A DNA stretch of 59,961 nucleotides from an uncultured Clostridia bacterium. Lineage in GTDB: Bacteria > Bacillota > Clostridia > Christensenellales > UBA1242. The position numbers were made by a program, and so were the translations under genes. The notes below the pieces were generated by a model, which saw only the letters and a list, made by a program, of their open reading frames with translations, searched no databases and was not told the origin of the DNA. Every line of letters begins with the position of its first letter. The first letter of the stretch is position 1. Positions 29,307 through 40,103 of the stretch are shown piece by piece. The stretch covers positions 1 through 59,961 of the forward strand of contig CALWKG010000005.1 in the NCBI GenBank assembly GCA_944381205.1, read 5' to 3'.

Positions 29307-29843
29307 TTAAACCTCCTCAATAGTTATATGTCCGTTGGTAAAAACACAAATGTCGCTCGTAATTTTTAAAGCCTTTAAGGCTATTTCTTTGGCGGATAAA
29401 TCTGTGTTTTCTATTAAAGCACGGGAAGCCGCCAAGGCGTAAAATTCCCCACTTCCGATAGCAGCAACTCCATATTCCGGCTCAAAAACATCGCCATTGC
29501 CAGACACATACAAAAGGTTATCCTTATCAGCAACAAGCATTAAAGCATCTAGTTTTCTTGTATATTTATCTTCCCTAAAACCTATTGCAAGTTCTACCGC
29601 ACTACGCATAAGGTTTCCGCTAAATTTTTGCAACAATTCTTCAAACTTTTGCGACAAACTAAAAGCATCTGCTGCACTTCCCGCAAAGCCTATGATAACC
29701 CTGTCGTTATAAATTCTCCTAACCTTAGTCGCGTTATTTTTTATAATAAACTTTTCTCCAACGGTTACTTGCCCATCACCTGCAATGGCCGTTTTCCCAT
29801 TACGTTTTACGGCAACTATCGTTGTACTTCTAATACCTTCCAT
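29307..29843 (-). CDS. hslV: ATP-dependent protease peptidase subunit HslV (ClpQ)
   Basis: STTIVAV..AGDGQVT, GFAGSAAD, AIGSG. Confidence 0.98.
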   Translation of the reverse strand: MEGIRSTTIVAVKRNGKTAIAGDGQVTVGEKFIIKNNATKVRRIYNDRVIIGFAGSAADAFSLSQKFEELLQKFSGNLMRSAVELAIGFREDKYTRKLDALMLVADKDNLLYVSGNGDVFEPEYGVAAIGSGEFYALAASRALIENTDLSAKEIALKALKITSDICVFTNGHITIEEV

Positions 29844-29878
29844 AAAATTCTCCTTGTAACTAAAATAATTAGTTTTGT

Positions 29879-31984
29879 CTAATTTGTCAAATCGCTTTTA
29901 TCTTGCTTAGGAAGTTCTTTGTTTTCGTAATCACAAGATTTGTTAGAACATTTAAAAACTGAATAACCCTTATACTCCTTTACTGTTAAATAACTTTTAC
30001 ACTTAGGACATTTTATATTGGTTGGCTTATCCCAACTGGCAAAATTGCACTGTGGATAATTGGAACAACCATAAAAGATTTTCCCTGTTTTTGTATGTCT
30101 TTCGATAACATCTCCCCCGCAAACTGGGCATTTGCAAACCGGTTCCTTAGGCGGTGTAATGCTTTTTATGTTTTTACACTTAGGATAATTAGGACAAGCA
30201 AGAAATTTATCATATTTGCCTTGTCTAATGACCATTTTTGCACCACACTTTTCGCATATTACGTCACTTTCTATTACTTGTTTAGGCTTTGATTTTTCTC
30301 CAATGTAGGCATTTTTTAACTCCTGTTCAAAGCCAGAATAAAATTTTTTGATTACTTCCTGCCATTTAGTTTCGCCATCTTCTATTTTATCTAGGTCGCT
30401 TTCCATCTCCGCCGTAAAAGAAACATTCATAATATCCGCAAAGTATTTTTCCAAAAATTCAGTAACTGTGGTACCGAGTTCGGTTGGTACAAGGTACTTT
30501 CCGTCCTTTTCAGTGTATTTTCTATTTATTAATGTCATAAGTGTTGGTGCATAAGTGGCTGGCCTACCTATACCCTTTTCTTCCATTGTCTTTATCAAAC
30601 TTGCTTCTGTATACCTTGCTGGTGGTTTGGTAAATTTCTGCTCGTTTGTAATATTTTGTAAAGGTAAAATTTCATTTTCTTGCAATTTTGGTAATTTTTC
30701 TTCTTTGCCATCTACGGAATCTTCCTCATACATCTTATAAGCCTTTGTAAACCCTAAAAAGTTAGGGGTCTTACCCGTTGCTTTAAAAGCATATTCTCCG
30801 CACACAATCTGTACCTGCATAGAGTCAAATGTTGCTTGTGTCATTTGGCTAGCGACAAATCTTTCATATATCAGTTTATACAACTTATAGTTGTTTGGAG
30901 ACATATATTGTTTTATCGACTCGGGAGTTTTTTCTAGACTTATTGGTCGTATTGCTTCGTGAGCATCTTGGGCATTTTGCTTTGTTTTATAAACATTAAA
31001 AGTACTAGGAACATATTCCTTGCCATAGGTATTTATAATGTATTCCTTTGCTTTTTGTTGTGCCTCTGGTGACACCCTTGTAGAATCCGTTCTTATATAA
31101 GTTATAAGGGCAGTTTTACCCTCTTGACCAAGTTCCACCCCTTCGTATAACTCTTGCGCACTGCGAGTTGTCTGGGCGATAGACATACCTATTTTATTTA
31201 AAGCATCTTGTTGCATAGTACTTGTAATAAATGGTGGGGGTGGATTAGACTTTGTTACACTCTTTTTTATGTCACTAACAACAAAGTCTTTGCCTTTTAC
31301 ATCTTCTAAAACCTGTTTTGCGTCCTTTTCGTTATCTGGGACAAACTTCTTACCCGCCTTTGACTGCAAACCCGCCTTAAACTTAATTTTATCTTTTTCA
31401 AAATGAGCATTGATTACCCAGTATTCCTTTGGCTTAAAGTTTTTTATCTCCTTTTCCCTATCCACAACAATTTTTAAGGCAACACTTTGAACCCTACCAG
31501 CACTTAAATTCGGCTGAATTTTTTTGCAAATTATAGGGGAAACCTTATACCCAACCAATCTATCAAGAACTCGCCTACCCTGTTGTGCGTGAACTAAATC
31601 CATATTGATTTGTCTAGGATTATTTACTGCATTTTGAACAACCGACTTTGAAATTTCGTTAAACTCTATTCTGCATTTTTCGTTTTCGTCGATATTCAAA
31701 ACATTTTCTATATGCCACGAGATTGCCTCGCCTTCTCTATCCGGGTCGGTTGCAAGAAGCACTTGGTCTGCCTTTTGGGCTTTTTGTTTTAACTCTTTTA
31801 TTATATTTTCCTTACCCGGCATAATCTCGTACTTTGGCTGAAATTCATTAGAAATATCAACCCCCATTGACTTTGCAGGCAAATCCCTGATGTGTCCTTT
31901 TGTAGCGACTACATCGTAATCTTTACCCAAATATTTTTTTAAAGTATCCCTTTTGCCCGGGCCTTCTATAATTACAAGTTTCAT
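29879..31984 (-). CDS. topA: DNA topoisomerase I
   Basis: TOPRIM ATDPDREGE, SAGRVQS, active-site ITYIRTDS and three C-terminal zinc ribbons. Confidence 0.98.
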   Translation of the reverse strand: MKLVIIEGPGKRDTLKKYLGKDYDVVATKGHIRDLPAKSMGVDISNEFQPKYEIMPGKENIIKELKQKAQKADQVLLATDPDREGEAISWHIENVLNIDENEKCRIEFNEISKSVVQNAVNNPRQINMDLVHAQQGRRVLDRLVGYKVSPIICKKIQPNLSAGRVQSVALKIVVDREKEIKNFKPKEYWVINAHFEKDKIKFKAGLQSKAGKKFVPDNEKDAKQVLEDVKGKDFVVSDIKKSVTKSNPPPPFITSTMQQDALNKIGMSIAQTTRSAQELYEGVELGQEGKTALITYIRTDSTRVSPEAQQKAKEYIINTYGKEYVPSTFNVYKTKQNAQDAHEAIRPISLEKTPESIKQYMSPNNYKLYKLIYERFVASQMTQATFDSMQVQIVCGEYAFKATGKTPNFLGFTKAYKMYEEDSVDGKEEKLPKLQENEILPLQNITNEQKFTKPPARYTEASLIKTMEEKGIGRPATYAPTLMTLINRKYTEKDGKYLVPTELGTTVTEFLEKYFADIMNVSFTAEMESDLDKIEDGETKWQEVIKKFYSGFEQELKNAYIGEKSKPKQVIESDVICEKCGAKMVIRQGKYDKFLACPNYPKCKNIKSITPPKEPVCKCPVCGGDVIERHTKTGKIFYGCSNYPQCNFASWDKPTNIKCPKCKSYLTVKEYKGYSVFKCSNKSCDYENKELPKQDKSDLTN

Positions 31985-31996
31985 AATCCTCTCACT

Positions 31997-33100
31997 TTAT
32001 TTTATCAAAAAATATACATTACCTGCGTGCTTTCTTATTATTCCACGCAGAGTTAACTTTGTCAACAAAGTATTAAGTTCGCTCGTTTTTAAGTTGACCT
32101 TTTCGACAATTTCCTGAAAACTCATTTCCTTGTCCTTTAACAAATCTATAATTTGTTGTTCGGTGTTGGAATAAAATTGGTTACTAGGTGCCATCTCCCG
32201 CCTTTTAAACTTGATGTAAATAAATTCGTCTAAAACATCATCTATATTTACTACAAGTTTTGCGTTTGACTCGCTTATTATCCTATTGGTACCTAGGCTA
32301 GATTCACTAAAAATACTACCAGGTACAGCAAAAACTTCCCTTTGAAAATCTAGGGCATAGTTTTTTGTGTGCATTGTACCAGATTTAAGACTTGCTTCGG
32401 TTATTATTACTCCGCTAGAAAGTCCTGCTATTATCCTATTTCTAATTGGAAACATATATGACTCTACTTTTCTACCCGGTCTGTTTTCGCTAACAATCAA
32501 ACCTCCATTTGCAATTATTCTCTTTGCCAAATCAAGATTGGTTTTTGGATAAATTTCATCTATACCGCCAGCGATAACGGCTATTGTTTTACCATTATTA
32601 TCTAAGGTGATATTGTGTGCAACACTATCTACCCCATAAGCCAAACCACTTACAACAGTAATATTGTAGTCTACAAGTTCTTTTGTAAATTTTTCGGTAA
32701 CATTTATTCCATACGAGGTGGGTTTTCTTGTCCCAACCACAGCGATACAAAAAGTAGATAACAAACTAATATCACCCCTATAATACAAAACGAGTGGTGG
32801 TGAATCTATATTAAGTAATAACTCAGAGTATCCCTTAGACAGCCTAGTGATTACATTGACTTGTTTTTTACTATAAAAATCTAGAACTCTATCTGCACTT
32901 TCAACGTTTGAAAATTTTAATAATTTTGAGTATCCCTCCTCTCCTAAAATAAATAAAATTTGTTCTCTTTTTGAAGAAAACTTTGTTTTATTAAAAAGGT
33001 CCTTTGGTTTATCAAACAACTCTAAGATATGGTTTTTCTTTTGATAACCTATTTCGTCAAAACTATCTAGCAAAATAAGAGCTTTTTCGTCTAAATTCAT
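31997..33100 (-). CDS. dprA: DNA-processing protein DprA
   Basis: AVVGTR, VSGLAYGVD, FPIRNRIIAGLS, VFAVPG. Start MNLDEK after AGGAG. Confidence 0.96.
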   Translation of the reverse strand: MNLDEKALILLDSFDEIGYQKKNHILELFDKPKDLFNKTKFSSKREQILFILGEEGYSKLLKFSNVESADRVLDFYSKKQVNVITRLSKGYSELLLNIDSPPLVLYYRGDISLLSTFCIAVVGTRKPTSYGINVTEKFTKELVDYNITVVSGLAYGVDSVAHNITLDNNGKTIAVIAGGIDEIYPKTNLDLAKRIIANGGLIVSENRPGRKVESYMFPIRNRIIAGLSSGVIITEASLKSGTMHTKNYALDFQREVFAVPGSIFSESSLGTNRIISESNAKLVVNIDDVLDEFIYIKFKRREMAPSNQFYSNTEQQIIDLLKDKEMSFQEIVEKVNLKTSELNTLLTKLTLRGIIRKHAGNVYFLIK

Positions 33101-33108
33101 TTTTTCTC

Positions 33109-34644
33109 CTACAACCAATATTTATTATCCAAACTCCTATAATTTATGGCTTCCATAAGATGTTCTAGGGTAATATTTTCACTACCCTCTAAATCTGCAA
33201 TGGTTCTTGCAACCTTTAAAACCCTATTATACGCACGTGCAGTAAGTTTTAACTTATCAAACGATAGTTCTAGTAATTCGCTAGACTCTTTGTCAAGTTT
33301 GCAGTATTTTTTTATCATTTCGTTTGTCATTTTACTATTGCTGTGAACATTACTGCCATTATATCTGTTTTCTTGAATATTACGAGCAAAATCCACTCGC
33401 TTTTTTATATCCTTTGAAGGTTCTTCTATTGTATCTATGCTTAGTTCCCTATATTTTACACTATCGACTTCAATTAGCATATCTATTCTATCCATTAATG
33501 GACCACTTAGTTTACTAAGATATTTATGTATCTGGCTAGGACTACACTTACAAGGTTTATCCGAACCATAATTCCCGCACGGGCAAGGATTCATACTCGC
33601 TATCAAAATAAAATTTGCGGGATATTCTACTGTTATTGCATTTCTGGATACGGTAATAACCCCATCTTCTAGTGGCTGTCTAAGGGATTCCAATGTATGT
33701 CTATTATATTCTGGCATTTCGTCTAAGAAAAGTACCCCGTTGTGAGCCAAACTAATTTCTCCTGGGCGAGCCTTGTTACCGCCACCAGTTAAAGCAACTA
33801 TTGTGGCGGTGTGATGTGGTGACCTAAAAGGTCTTTCGGTCAAAATTCCAATATTGCTATCCAAAGTTCCCGCCACACTATGAATTTTTGTACTCTCTAA
33901 TGCTTCGTCAAAGGTCATATCAGGTAATATGCTAGAAAAAGCCTTAGCAAGCATAGTTTTGCCACTCCCCGGTGGGCCAATTAACAAAACATTGTGTCCG
34001 CCTGCGGCAGAGATTTCTAGTGCTCTTTTTGCACTCGCCTGCCCCTTAATCCACGCAAAATCATTACTACTAGGTCTAGTAGATTTTATGTATTCATAAC
34101 TAACAGTCTGCACACATTCAATTTGTGTTTGATTGTTTAAAAAATCTACTACTTGCTTTAATTCTTTTACAGGGTAAACTTCAATACCCTCTATAAATCC
34201 TGCTTCTTTTGCGTTACCATAGGGAACAAAAACTTTTGTTATACCAAGGTCACGTGCGGTAATGAGTATTGGCAAAAGTCCTTTTATTCTTCTTAGCGAA
34301 CCGTCCAAGGATAACTCCCCTACAAAAGCAAATTGAGATAAAAACTCTTTACTACAACCTATTTGTTCACTTGCCACAAGTATACCAATAGATATTGCAA
34401 GGTCATATAAAGACCCTTCTTTTTTTGTATCCGCTGGGGCTAGATTAATTGTAATTTTGTTTATTGGATAGTTGTATCCCTGATTTTTTATCGCAGATGT
34501 TACCCGTTGCTTAGACTCTTTTATAGAAGCATCGGCAAGACCTACAATATCATAAGTTGGAAGACCCCTATTCACGTCTACTTCTACATCTACCAAATAC
34601 CCTTTTAGCCCAATCAATCCAAAAGATTTTACCTTTGCTAACAT
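33109..34644 (-). CDS. comM: YifB/ComM Mg-chelatase-like AAA+ ATPase
   Basis: ITINLAPAD..KEGS.YDL, GPPGSGKT, PGEISLAHNGVLFLDE, MNPCPCG. Confidence 0.95.
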   Translation of the reverse strand: MLAKVKSFGLIGLKGYLVDVEVDVNRGLPTYDIVGLADASIKESKQRVTSAIKNQGYNYPINKITINLAPADTKKEGSLYDLAISIGILVASEQIGCSKEFLSQFAFVGELSLDGSLRRIKGLLPILITARDLGITKVFVPYGNAKEAGFIEGIEVYPVKELKQVVDFLNNQTQIECVQTVSYEYIKSTRPSSNDFAWIKGQASAKRALEISAAGGHNVLLIGPPGSGKTMLAKAFSSILPDMTFDEALESTKIHSVAGTLDSNIGILTERPFRSPHHTATIVALTGGGNKARPGEISLAHNGVLFLDEMPEYNRHTLESLRQPLEDGVITVSRNAITVEYPANFILIASMNPCPCGNYGSDKPCKCSPSQIHKYLSKLSGPLMDRIDMLIEVDSVKYRELSIDTIEEPSKDIKKRVDFARNIQENRYNGSNVHSNSKMTNEMIKKYCKLDKESSELLELSFDKLKLTARAYNRVLKVARTIADLEGSENITLEHLMEAINYRSLDNKYWL

Positions 34645-34734
34645 TAAAAACTCCCTATAATCTCACAACTATTGCCATTATATACCCAAAAATAAAGTTT
34701 TTCCAAATAGTTTTTTTTAAAACTATCATAAAAC

Positions 34735-34773
34735 AAAAAAAATCCCACAAAAGAAATTTTTCTTTTATGGGAA
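34735..34773 (-). terminator. Terminator after the small ORF
   Basis: TCCCATAAAAGAAA/TTTCTTTTGTGGGA stem plus U-tract on the minus strand. Confidence 0.7.
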
Positions 34774-34792
34774 TAGATTTAATGCAAAACAA

Positions 34793-34936
34793 TTACATTT
34801 CTCTTTCAAAATCTTTTTGACTCTCACGCCTTGTCACTTTGTTGTAATAATCAACAGATGCTTCACCCAAAGTTTTACCATCGTCAAAATTATTTTCTAA
34901 TTCCTCGCTGTTTTTCAATTCTTTGTTATCTTCCAT
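34793..34936 (-). CDS. Small acidic protein, 47 aa (not in the ORF track)
   Basis: GGAG SD, MEDNKELKNSEELENNFDDGKTLGEASVDYYNKVTRRESQKDFEREM*, terminator immediately downstream. Confidence 0.65.
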   Translation of the reverse strand: MEDNKELKNSEELENNFDDGKTLGEASVDYYNKVTRRESQKDFEREM

Positions 34937-34986
34937 TTTATATCTCCATTTTAGTACATATTAATAAAAATTATTTTTTAAAATGT

Positions 34987-35766
34987 TTACAAATTAAACG
35001 TTAGTTGGTCGCAATTTTCTTCTTCTAAATCTAGTGTCAATTGCCTACTTTCATCAAAAACGTTTACTTCTTTTGCCTTAAAATCTTCTGCAACTTTGCT
35101 AGGTTGTGGATTTTTAGCCGAAACTAAACTGCCGGTTGCCCTTTCGTATCTTTCTCTTGCTTTAAGTACGTTAAGGGTTGATTTATTGTACTTTTCTTCC
35201 GCTTCTAACAACTCTTTATTTGCCTGTTCTTTTGCTCTTTGTACAGTGTTTTCTGCATTTTGCCTTGCTTCTATTGCCATTTCTCGCAATTCTTGCATTT
35301 TTTTGTTATATACTTCCTGTGCAGATTTCTTTGCTTGTTCTACATTTTTATTAACCTGTTGCTGAGTATTATCCAACCCTTCTTCAAGTTTTTGATTTCT
35401 CTCCTGTGCTCGTTCAAGTTTACGTTTAAGTTCTCTTTCCTTTAAATCCTTATCAACAAGTTTTTTTATGATAGGCTCTGCCTTTTTTACATTCTTTCTT
35501 AGTTCAAAACTTTCCTTTACTGCTTCATCTTCAAGAGATTTAACTTCATTTAGTACCTGCGTCATAAATTCGCCCAAATCCTTGTCCTTTTCACTTAATA
35601 AGGATTCAATTATAGTCTTTACCTTTGTGTAAGCTTTGAATTCCCCAACAATCTCTTTTTGCCTTTCTTTTGCGCTATCTGTATATCCTCTTAGTGCCCT
35701 ATATTTAGCATCATCATCTAATAAAACATTTAATGCTTTTTCTAAACTTTCCATAACCTTTTTCAC
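34987..35766 (-). CDS. Coiled-coil hypothetical protein with C-terminal QLxLxL/QLxFxL motifs
   Basis: E/K/Q/A-rich heptad-like body; ends QLTLDLEEENCDQLTFNL. Start GTG 35766 or ATG 35754. Confidence 0.75.
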   Translation of the reverse strand: MKKVMESLEKALNVLLDDDAKYRALRGYTDSAKERQKEIVGEFKAYTKVKTIIESLLSEKDKDLGEFMTQVLNEVKSLEDEAVKESFELRKNVKKAEPIIKKLVDKDLKERELKRKLERAQERNQKLEEGLDNTQQQVNKNVEQAKKSAQEVYNKKMQELREMAIEARQNAENTVQRAKEQANKELLEAEEKYNKSTLNVLKARERYERATGSLVSAKNPQPSKVAEDFKAKEVNVFDESRQLTLDLEEENCDQLTFNL

Positions 35767-35899
35767 CTCTTTTTATAAGTGAAAATATTATATAACAAGT
35801 AGCCACAAAATTCAATACCCAAAATAATATTTTTTTATAAATTGACTATAAATAGTATTTTTAGTCATAAAAAACAAAAATTTTGTGCCAAAATAATTA

Positions 35900-37039
35900 T
35901 TAAATTAATTTCATAATAATACTATTTAAGACATAATAGGCATTTTCGCTAACCTTTATATGCCCGTTTCTAAGAGATATAAAACCACGCGACGACAAAA
36001 ATTCAATTTCTTGCTTTTTATCTTTTAATATATGCCCGCCATATTCATTGTCAAAATCTTCTATATTTATACCTTCTCTCGTTCTAAGCCCAAGCATAAT
36101 AGATTCTTCCCTACGCATATTTAAACTGAGTTTTTCAACAGAAACAATAGGAAAGGTGTCATTTTCAATACTATTTATGTACTTATCAAAATCTTCCGTA
36201 TTGGCAAAACGTGTATCGTTCATATACGAATGTCCACCAACACCAAAAGCCAAATATTCACCCAATTTCCAATAGTTCTGGTTGTGCTTACACTCATAAT
36301 CTAGCATACTAAAATTAGATACTTCATATCTTTTTAATCCGGCACGTGATAATAAGTCGTAAACAGTATTGTACATTTCTACCGTTTCATCTTCACTTGG
36401 TACTTTTAAAGCCCCTACTTTTACCTTATCGTACATAACCGTACCCGGCTCCAAAATAAGAGAATATGCCGAAACGTGATTTACCTTTTGCCTTACTAAA
36501 AACCTTACTATTTTTTTTACGTCACCTATTTTTTGCCCCGGTAGACCTAACATCATATCCACCGAAATATTTTGAAAACCCACATCTTTTGCCAATTCTA
36601 CGGCTTCTTTTGCCTGTTTTGCCGTGTGTTGTCTACCAATTAATTTTAAAATTTTGTCGTTTAAGGTCTGCACCCCAAAACTCATTCTATTAATACCTGC
36701 TAGTTTGTATTCCCTTAGTTTTTCTTCTGTTGCAGTTTCAGGATTACATTCTACTGTGATTTCTACATTTCTTAAAAATCTAAAATTTTGCTTTAAAGCA
36801 ATCATTATATTTGTAATCATACCCACACCCAAAACACTAGGTGTTCCGCCACCAAAAAAGATTGAAGAAATTTTATAATTTTTTCCTTCTTTTTTTCCTC
36901 GCATTTTTATTTCTTCTATCAAAGCATCTACATATTTTTGCATAAGAGCCTGTTTATCTACAAAAGATACAAAATTGCAATAGTCACACTTTTTTTTGTT
37001 ACAAAATGGAATATGAATATATAGTGATAACGTTTTCAT
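35900..37039 (-). CDS. hemW: Radical SAM heme chaperone HemW (HemN-like)
   Basis: LYIHIPFC, FGGGTPS, YEVSNF, HNQNYW (HemW HNxxYW). lepA-hemW synteny. Confidence 0.92.
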   Translation of the reverse strand: MKTLSLYIHIPFCNKKKCDYCNFVSFVDKQALMQKYVDALIEEIKMRGKKEGKNYKISSIFFGGGTPSVLGVGMITNIMIALKQNFRFLRNVEITVECNPETATEEKLREYKLAGINRMSFGVQTLNDKILKLIGRQHTAKQAKEAVELAKDVGFQNISVDMMLGLPGQKIGDVKKIVRFLVRQKVNHVSAYSLILEPGTVMYDKVKVGALKVPSEDETVEMYNTVYDLLSRAGLKRYEVSNFSMLDYECKHNQNYWKLGEYLAFGVGGHSYMNDTRFANTEDFDKYINSIENDTFPIVSVEKLSLNMRREESIMLGLRTREGINIEDFDNEYGGHILKDKKQEIEFLSSRGFISLRNGHIKVSENAYYVLNSIIMKLI

Positions 37040-37041
37040 AC

Positions 37042-38841
37042 TTAATCATCAAGTTTTAAAATGGACATAAAGGCTTCGCTTGGAATTTCTACTGAGCCAA
37101 TTTGTCTCATTCTTTTCTTGCCCTCCTTTTGCTTTTCTAATAACTTACGTTTTCTAGAAATATCTCCCCCATAACACTTTGCTAAAACGTCCTTTCTCAT
37201 TGCTTTTACGGTTTCCCTAGCAATGACCTTTCCACCTATACAAGCCTGTATTGGTAATTCAAACAACTGCCTTGGGATAACTTCCTTTAACTTCTCTGCC
37301 AATTTTTTACCACGAGAGTACGCAAAATCCTTGTGGACTATAACGCTTAATGCGTCACACTTTTCACCATTAAGCAAAATATCTAACTTTACTAGGTCAC
37401 TCTTTTTAAATTCGTTAACATCGTAATCTAAACTTGCATATCCTCGGGAACGAGATTTTAATCCATCAAAGAAATCATAGACTATCTCGCATAGCGGAAT
37501 GTTGTATTTTAACATAACCCTGCTTTTGTCTAAATATTGCATATCTAAGTACTCTCCGCGCTTGTTTTGACAAAGTTCCATAATTCCACCTACATATTCT
37601 GGCGGGGTATATATGGTAACACTTGCAATAGGCTCCTGCACTTCTTTTATTTCAGTTACCGCTGGCCAAAGTGACGGGTTTGAAATTTCCTGTACTGTTC
37701 CGTCTGTTTTAAACACTTTGTAACTCACACTAGGTGAAGTTGTTATAATATCTAAGTTAAACTCTCTTTCCAACCTTTCGCTAATAATTTCTAGATGCAA
37801 AAGTCCCAAAAATCCACATCTAAAACCATAGCCTAGTGCGGTGGATACTTCTGGTGTAAAGTGCAAAGAATCATCATTTAATTTTAGTTTTTCTAAGGCA
37901 TCTTTTAAATCATTATATCTTGCACCATCTACTAAAAACACCCCGCAATACACCATAGGCTTCACGTCTTTATACCCTTCTAGTGCGTGCTCAGTTGGAT
38001 TATCTGCAAAGGTTATTGTATCCCCTACCTTTGTTTCGGAAACATTTTTTATACTAGCGCAAATATAACCCACCATACCAGTTTTTAGCACAGATATTTC
38101 CCTTGGGCTTGGGCAAAACACACCTACTTCGGTTATGTCATAACTCTTACCCGTTCTCATCATTTTTATTTTATCCCCAGTCTTTGCTTCACCGTCAAAA
38201 ACTCTAACTAAACTAACTGCACCCTTAAAATTATCGTAGTAACTATCAAAAATCAATGCTTTTAATGGAGCATTTCTATCTCCTTTGGGAGATGGGATTT
38301 TGGTTACAATACTTTCTAAAACCTTATCTATATTTATTCCTTCTTTGGCGGAGATTAACGGGGCATCACTACAATCTAGCCCGATAATTTCTTCTATCTC
38401 TTTTTTTACTTCTTCAACTCTGGCACTAGGCAGGTCTATTTTGTTTATAACAGGAACTATTGTAAGGTCGTTTTCTAATGCTAGATAGACATTTGCAAGT
38501 GTTTGAGCCTGTACTCCCTGAGTCGCATCTACAACAAGTATTGCTCCTTCACATGCTTTAAGCGAACGTGAAACCTCGTAGGTAAAGTCCACGTGCCCCG
38601 GAGTATCAATTAGATTTAGTGTGTATTCTTCGCCATTGTACTCATAAAACATTCTCGTAGGAGTTAGTTTTATTGTAATACCTCGTTCGCGCTCAATATC
38701 CATACTATCCAGGACCTGCTCGGTCAATTCACGGCTAGACAATGTGCCCGTTTTTTCTATCAATCGGTCAGCAAGAGTACTTTTACCATGGTCTATGTGT
38801 GCTATTATGCAAAAATTTCGTATATTTTTTAATTCGTTCAT
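37042..38841 (-). CDS. lepA: Elongation factor 4
   Basis: [50 protein letters not shown]. Confidence 0.99.
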   Translation of the reverse strand: MNELKNIRNFCIIAHIDHGKSTLADRLIEKTGTLSSRELTEQVLDSMDIERERGITIKLTPTRMFYEYNGEEYTLNLIDTPGHVDFTYEVSRSLKACEGAILVVDATQGVQAQTLANVYLALENDLTIVPVINKIDLPSARVEEVKKEIEEIIGLDCSDAPLISAKEGINIDKVLESIVTKIPSPKGDRNAPLKALIFDSYYDNFKGAVSLVRVFDGEAKTGDKIKMMRTGKSYDITEVGVFCPSPREISVLKTGMVGYICASIKNVSETKVGDTITFADNPTEHALEGYKDVKPMVYCGVFLVDGARYNDLKDALEKLKLNDDSLHFTPEVSTALGYGFRCGFLGLLHLEIISERLEREFNLDIITTSPSVSYKVFKTDGTVQEISNPSLWPAVTEIKEVQEPIASVTIYTPPEYVGGIMELCQNKRGEYLDMQYLDKSRVMLKYNIPLCEIVYDFFDGLKSRSRGYASLDYDVNEFKKSDLVKLDILLNGEKCDALSVIVHKDFAYSRGKKLAEKLKEVIPRQLFELPIQACIGGKVIARETVKAMRKDVLAKCYGGDISRKRKLLEKQKEGKKRMRQIGSVEIPSEAFMSILKLDD

Positions 38842-38849
38842 ATAGATGT

Positions 38850-38878
38850 ATTATATTAGAATTTTACATTTCTTTCAA
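38850..38878 (-). promoter_or_regulatory. lepA sigma-A promoter (leaderless geometry)
   Basis: TTGAAA-17-TATAAT ends 8 nt before the ATG; no SD. Confidence 0.65.
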
Positions 38879-39189
38879 GCGATTTAACGTGTTTATATGG
38901 TTAAAGATTATCAATGCGTAAAAATTAAACTAAAAATTTTTCACACAAAAACTTAAAAATTAAATTTTTTTTATTATCCCAATTTAATAGGTAAAAACGA
39001 TATTAGATTAGGCTCTTTTAAAATTAATAAAGGCATTGATATTTATTATTTTGACAGTTTAAAATTTTAACAGGCTTTTATTTTATAAGACATTTTGAAC
39101 AAACAATTAATTTTTGCTCTAAAAACAAATAAATTTAAAGAACTAAAACCATAAAAAACACAAAAAATAATAAATTTGTGCTAATTTGT

Positions 39190-39217
39190 TTGAAAAAACT
39201 ACAAAAAAGAATATAAT
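39190..39217 (+). promoter_or_regulatory. sigma-A promoter of the GDPD gene
   Basis: TTGAAA-16-TATAAT. Confidence 0.55.
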
Positions 39218-39262
39218 ATGTTTTATAGATGTAAATTTTACCTTAAACATTAAGGAGATAAT

Positions 39263-39997
39263 ATGAAAGATTTATTTGAAACTTGGCTAATAAATAAGTA
39301 TATTGCCCACAGGGGATTTCATTCACAAACCGCGCCAGAAAATAGTATGCTTAGTTTTAAACTTGCCCGTGAGCAAGGATATGGAATTGAATTAGACGTA
39401 AGACTAATTGCAGACGGCACTCCAATTGTTTTTCACGACGATACTTTAAAGAGAATGACCGGTCAAGATGGTTATGTTATAAATGTAAAAGATGTAAAGG
39501 AACTTAAAACTTTTAAACTTAATAATAGTGAAGAAACTATCCCTACCCTAGAAGAAGTTTTAACAGAATTTGGCGGTAACACCCCAATTTTGATAGAACT
39601 AAAAGACTATAACATAAAAAGCGACTTAGAGCAAAAAGTCTACGAACTCATATCAAAGCACAAGGGCGACTATGCTGTAATGAGTTTTAATCCATACTCT
39701 GTAAGATGGTTTAAACGTTTTGCCCCAGAAGTTGTTAGAGGAATATTATCGTCTTCCTTTAAAAATGAAAAAATTAGTTTTGTCAAAAAATTTATGTTAA
39801 GTAAAGCAAACTTTATAAAAAAGATTGCAGACCCACAATTTATTGCTTACAAATGGGACGAAGTTCCAAATAGATACGTAAAAAAATTTAAAGAACTTCC
39901 CCTTCTAGTGTGGGCTGTGAATACTCAAAGTGATTATATGAAGGTCGCTCAACACTGTGATAATATCATATTTGAAAACTTTAAACCAAGGATATAA
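39263..39997 (+). CDS. glpQ: Glycerophosphodiester phosphodiesterase
   Basis: IAHRG, PENS, IELDV, VFHD, IELK. Confidence 0.9.
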   Translation: MKDLFETWLINKYIAHRGFHSQTAPENSMLSFKLAREQGYGIELDVRLIADGTPIVFHDDTLKRMTGQDGYVINVKDVKELKTFKLNNSEETIPTLEEVLTEFGGNTPILIELKDYNIKSDLEQKVYELISKHKGDYAVMSFNPYSVRWFKRFAPEVVRGILSSSFKNEKISFVKKFMLSKANFIKKIADPQFIAYKWDEVPNRYVKKFKELPLLVWAVNTQSDYMKVAQHCDNIIFENFKPRI

Positions 39998-40040
39998 TAT
40001 ATCCAATAAAGTAGCACAATAAAAATATTATGTTAAAAGC

Positions 40041-40075
40041 AAAAAAAAGATATGCTTCAACAGGCATATCTTTTT
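40041..40075. terminator. Bidirectional terminator
   Basis: AAAAAGATATGC...GCATATCTTTTT between convergent glpQ and rplS. Confidence 0.8.
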
Positions 40076-40103
40076 ATATACACACAAAAATTTATAAGAC
40101 AAC

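Noticed and set aside
29307-29843. Unusual HslV N-terminus
   Set aside because: A short propeptide before (S)TT is normal for Bacillota HslV/ClpQ.
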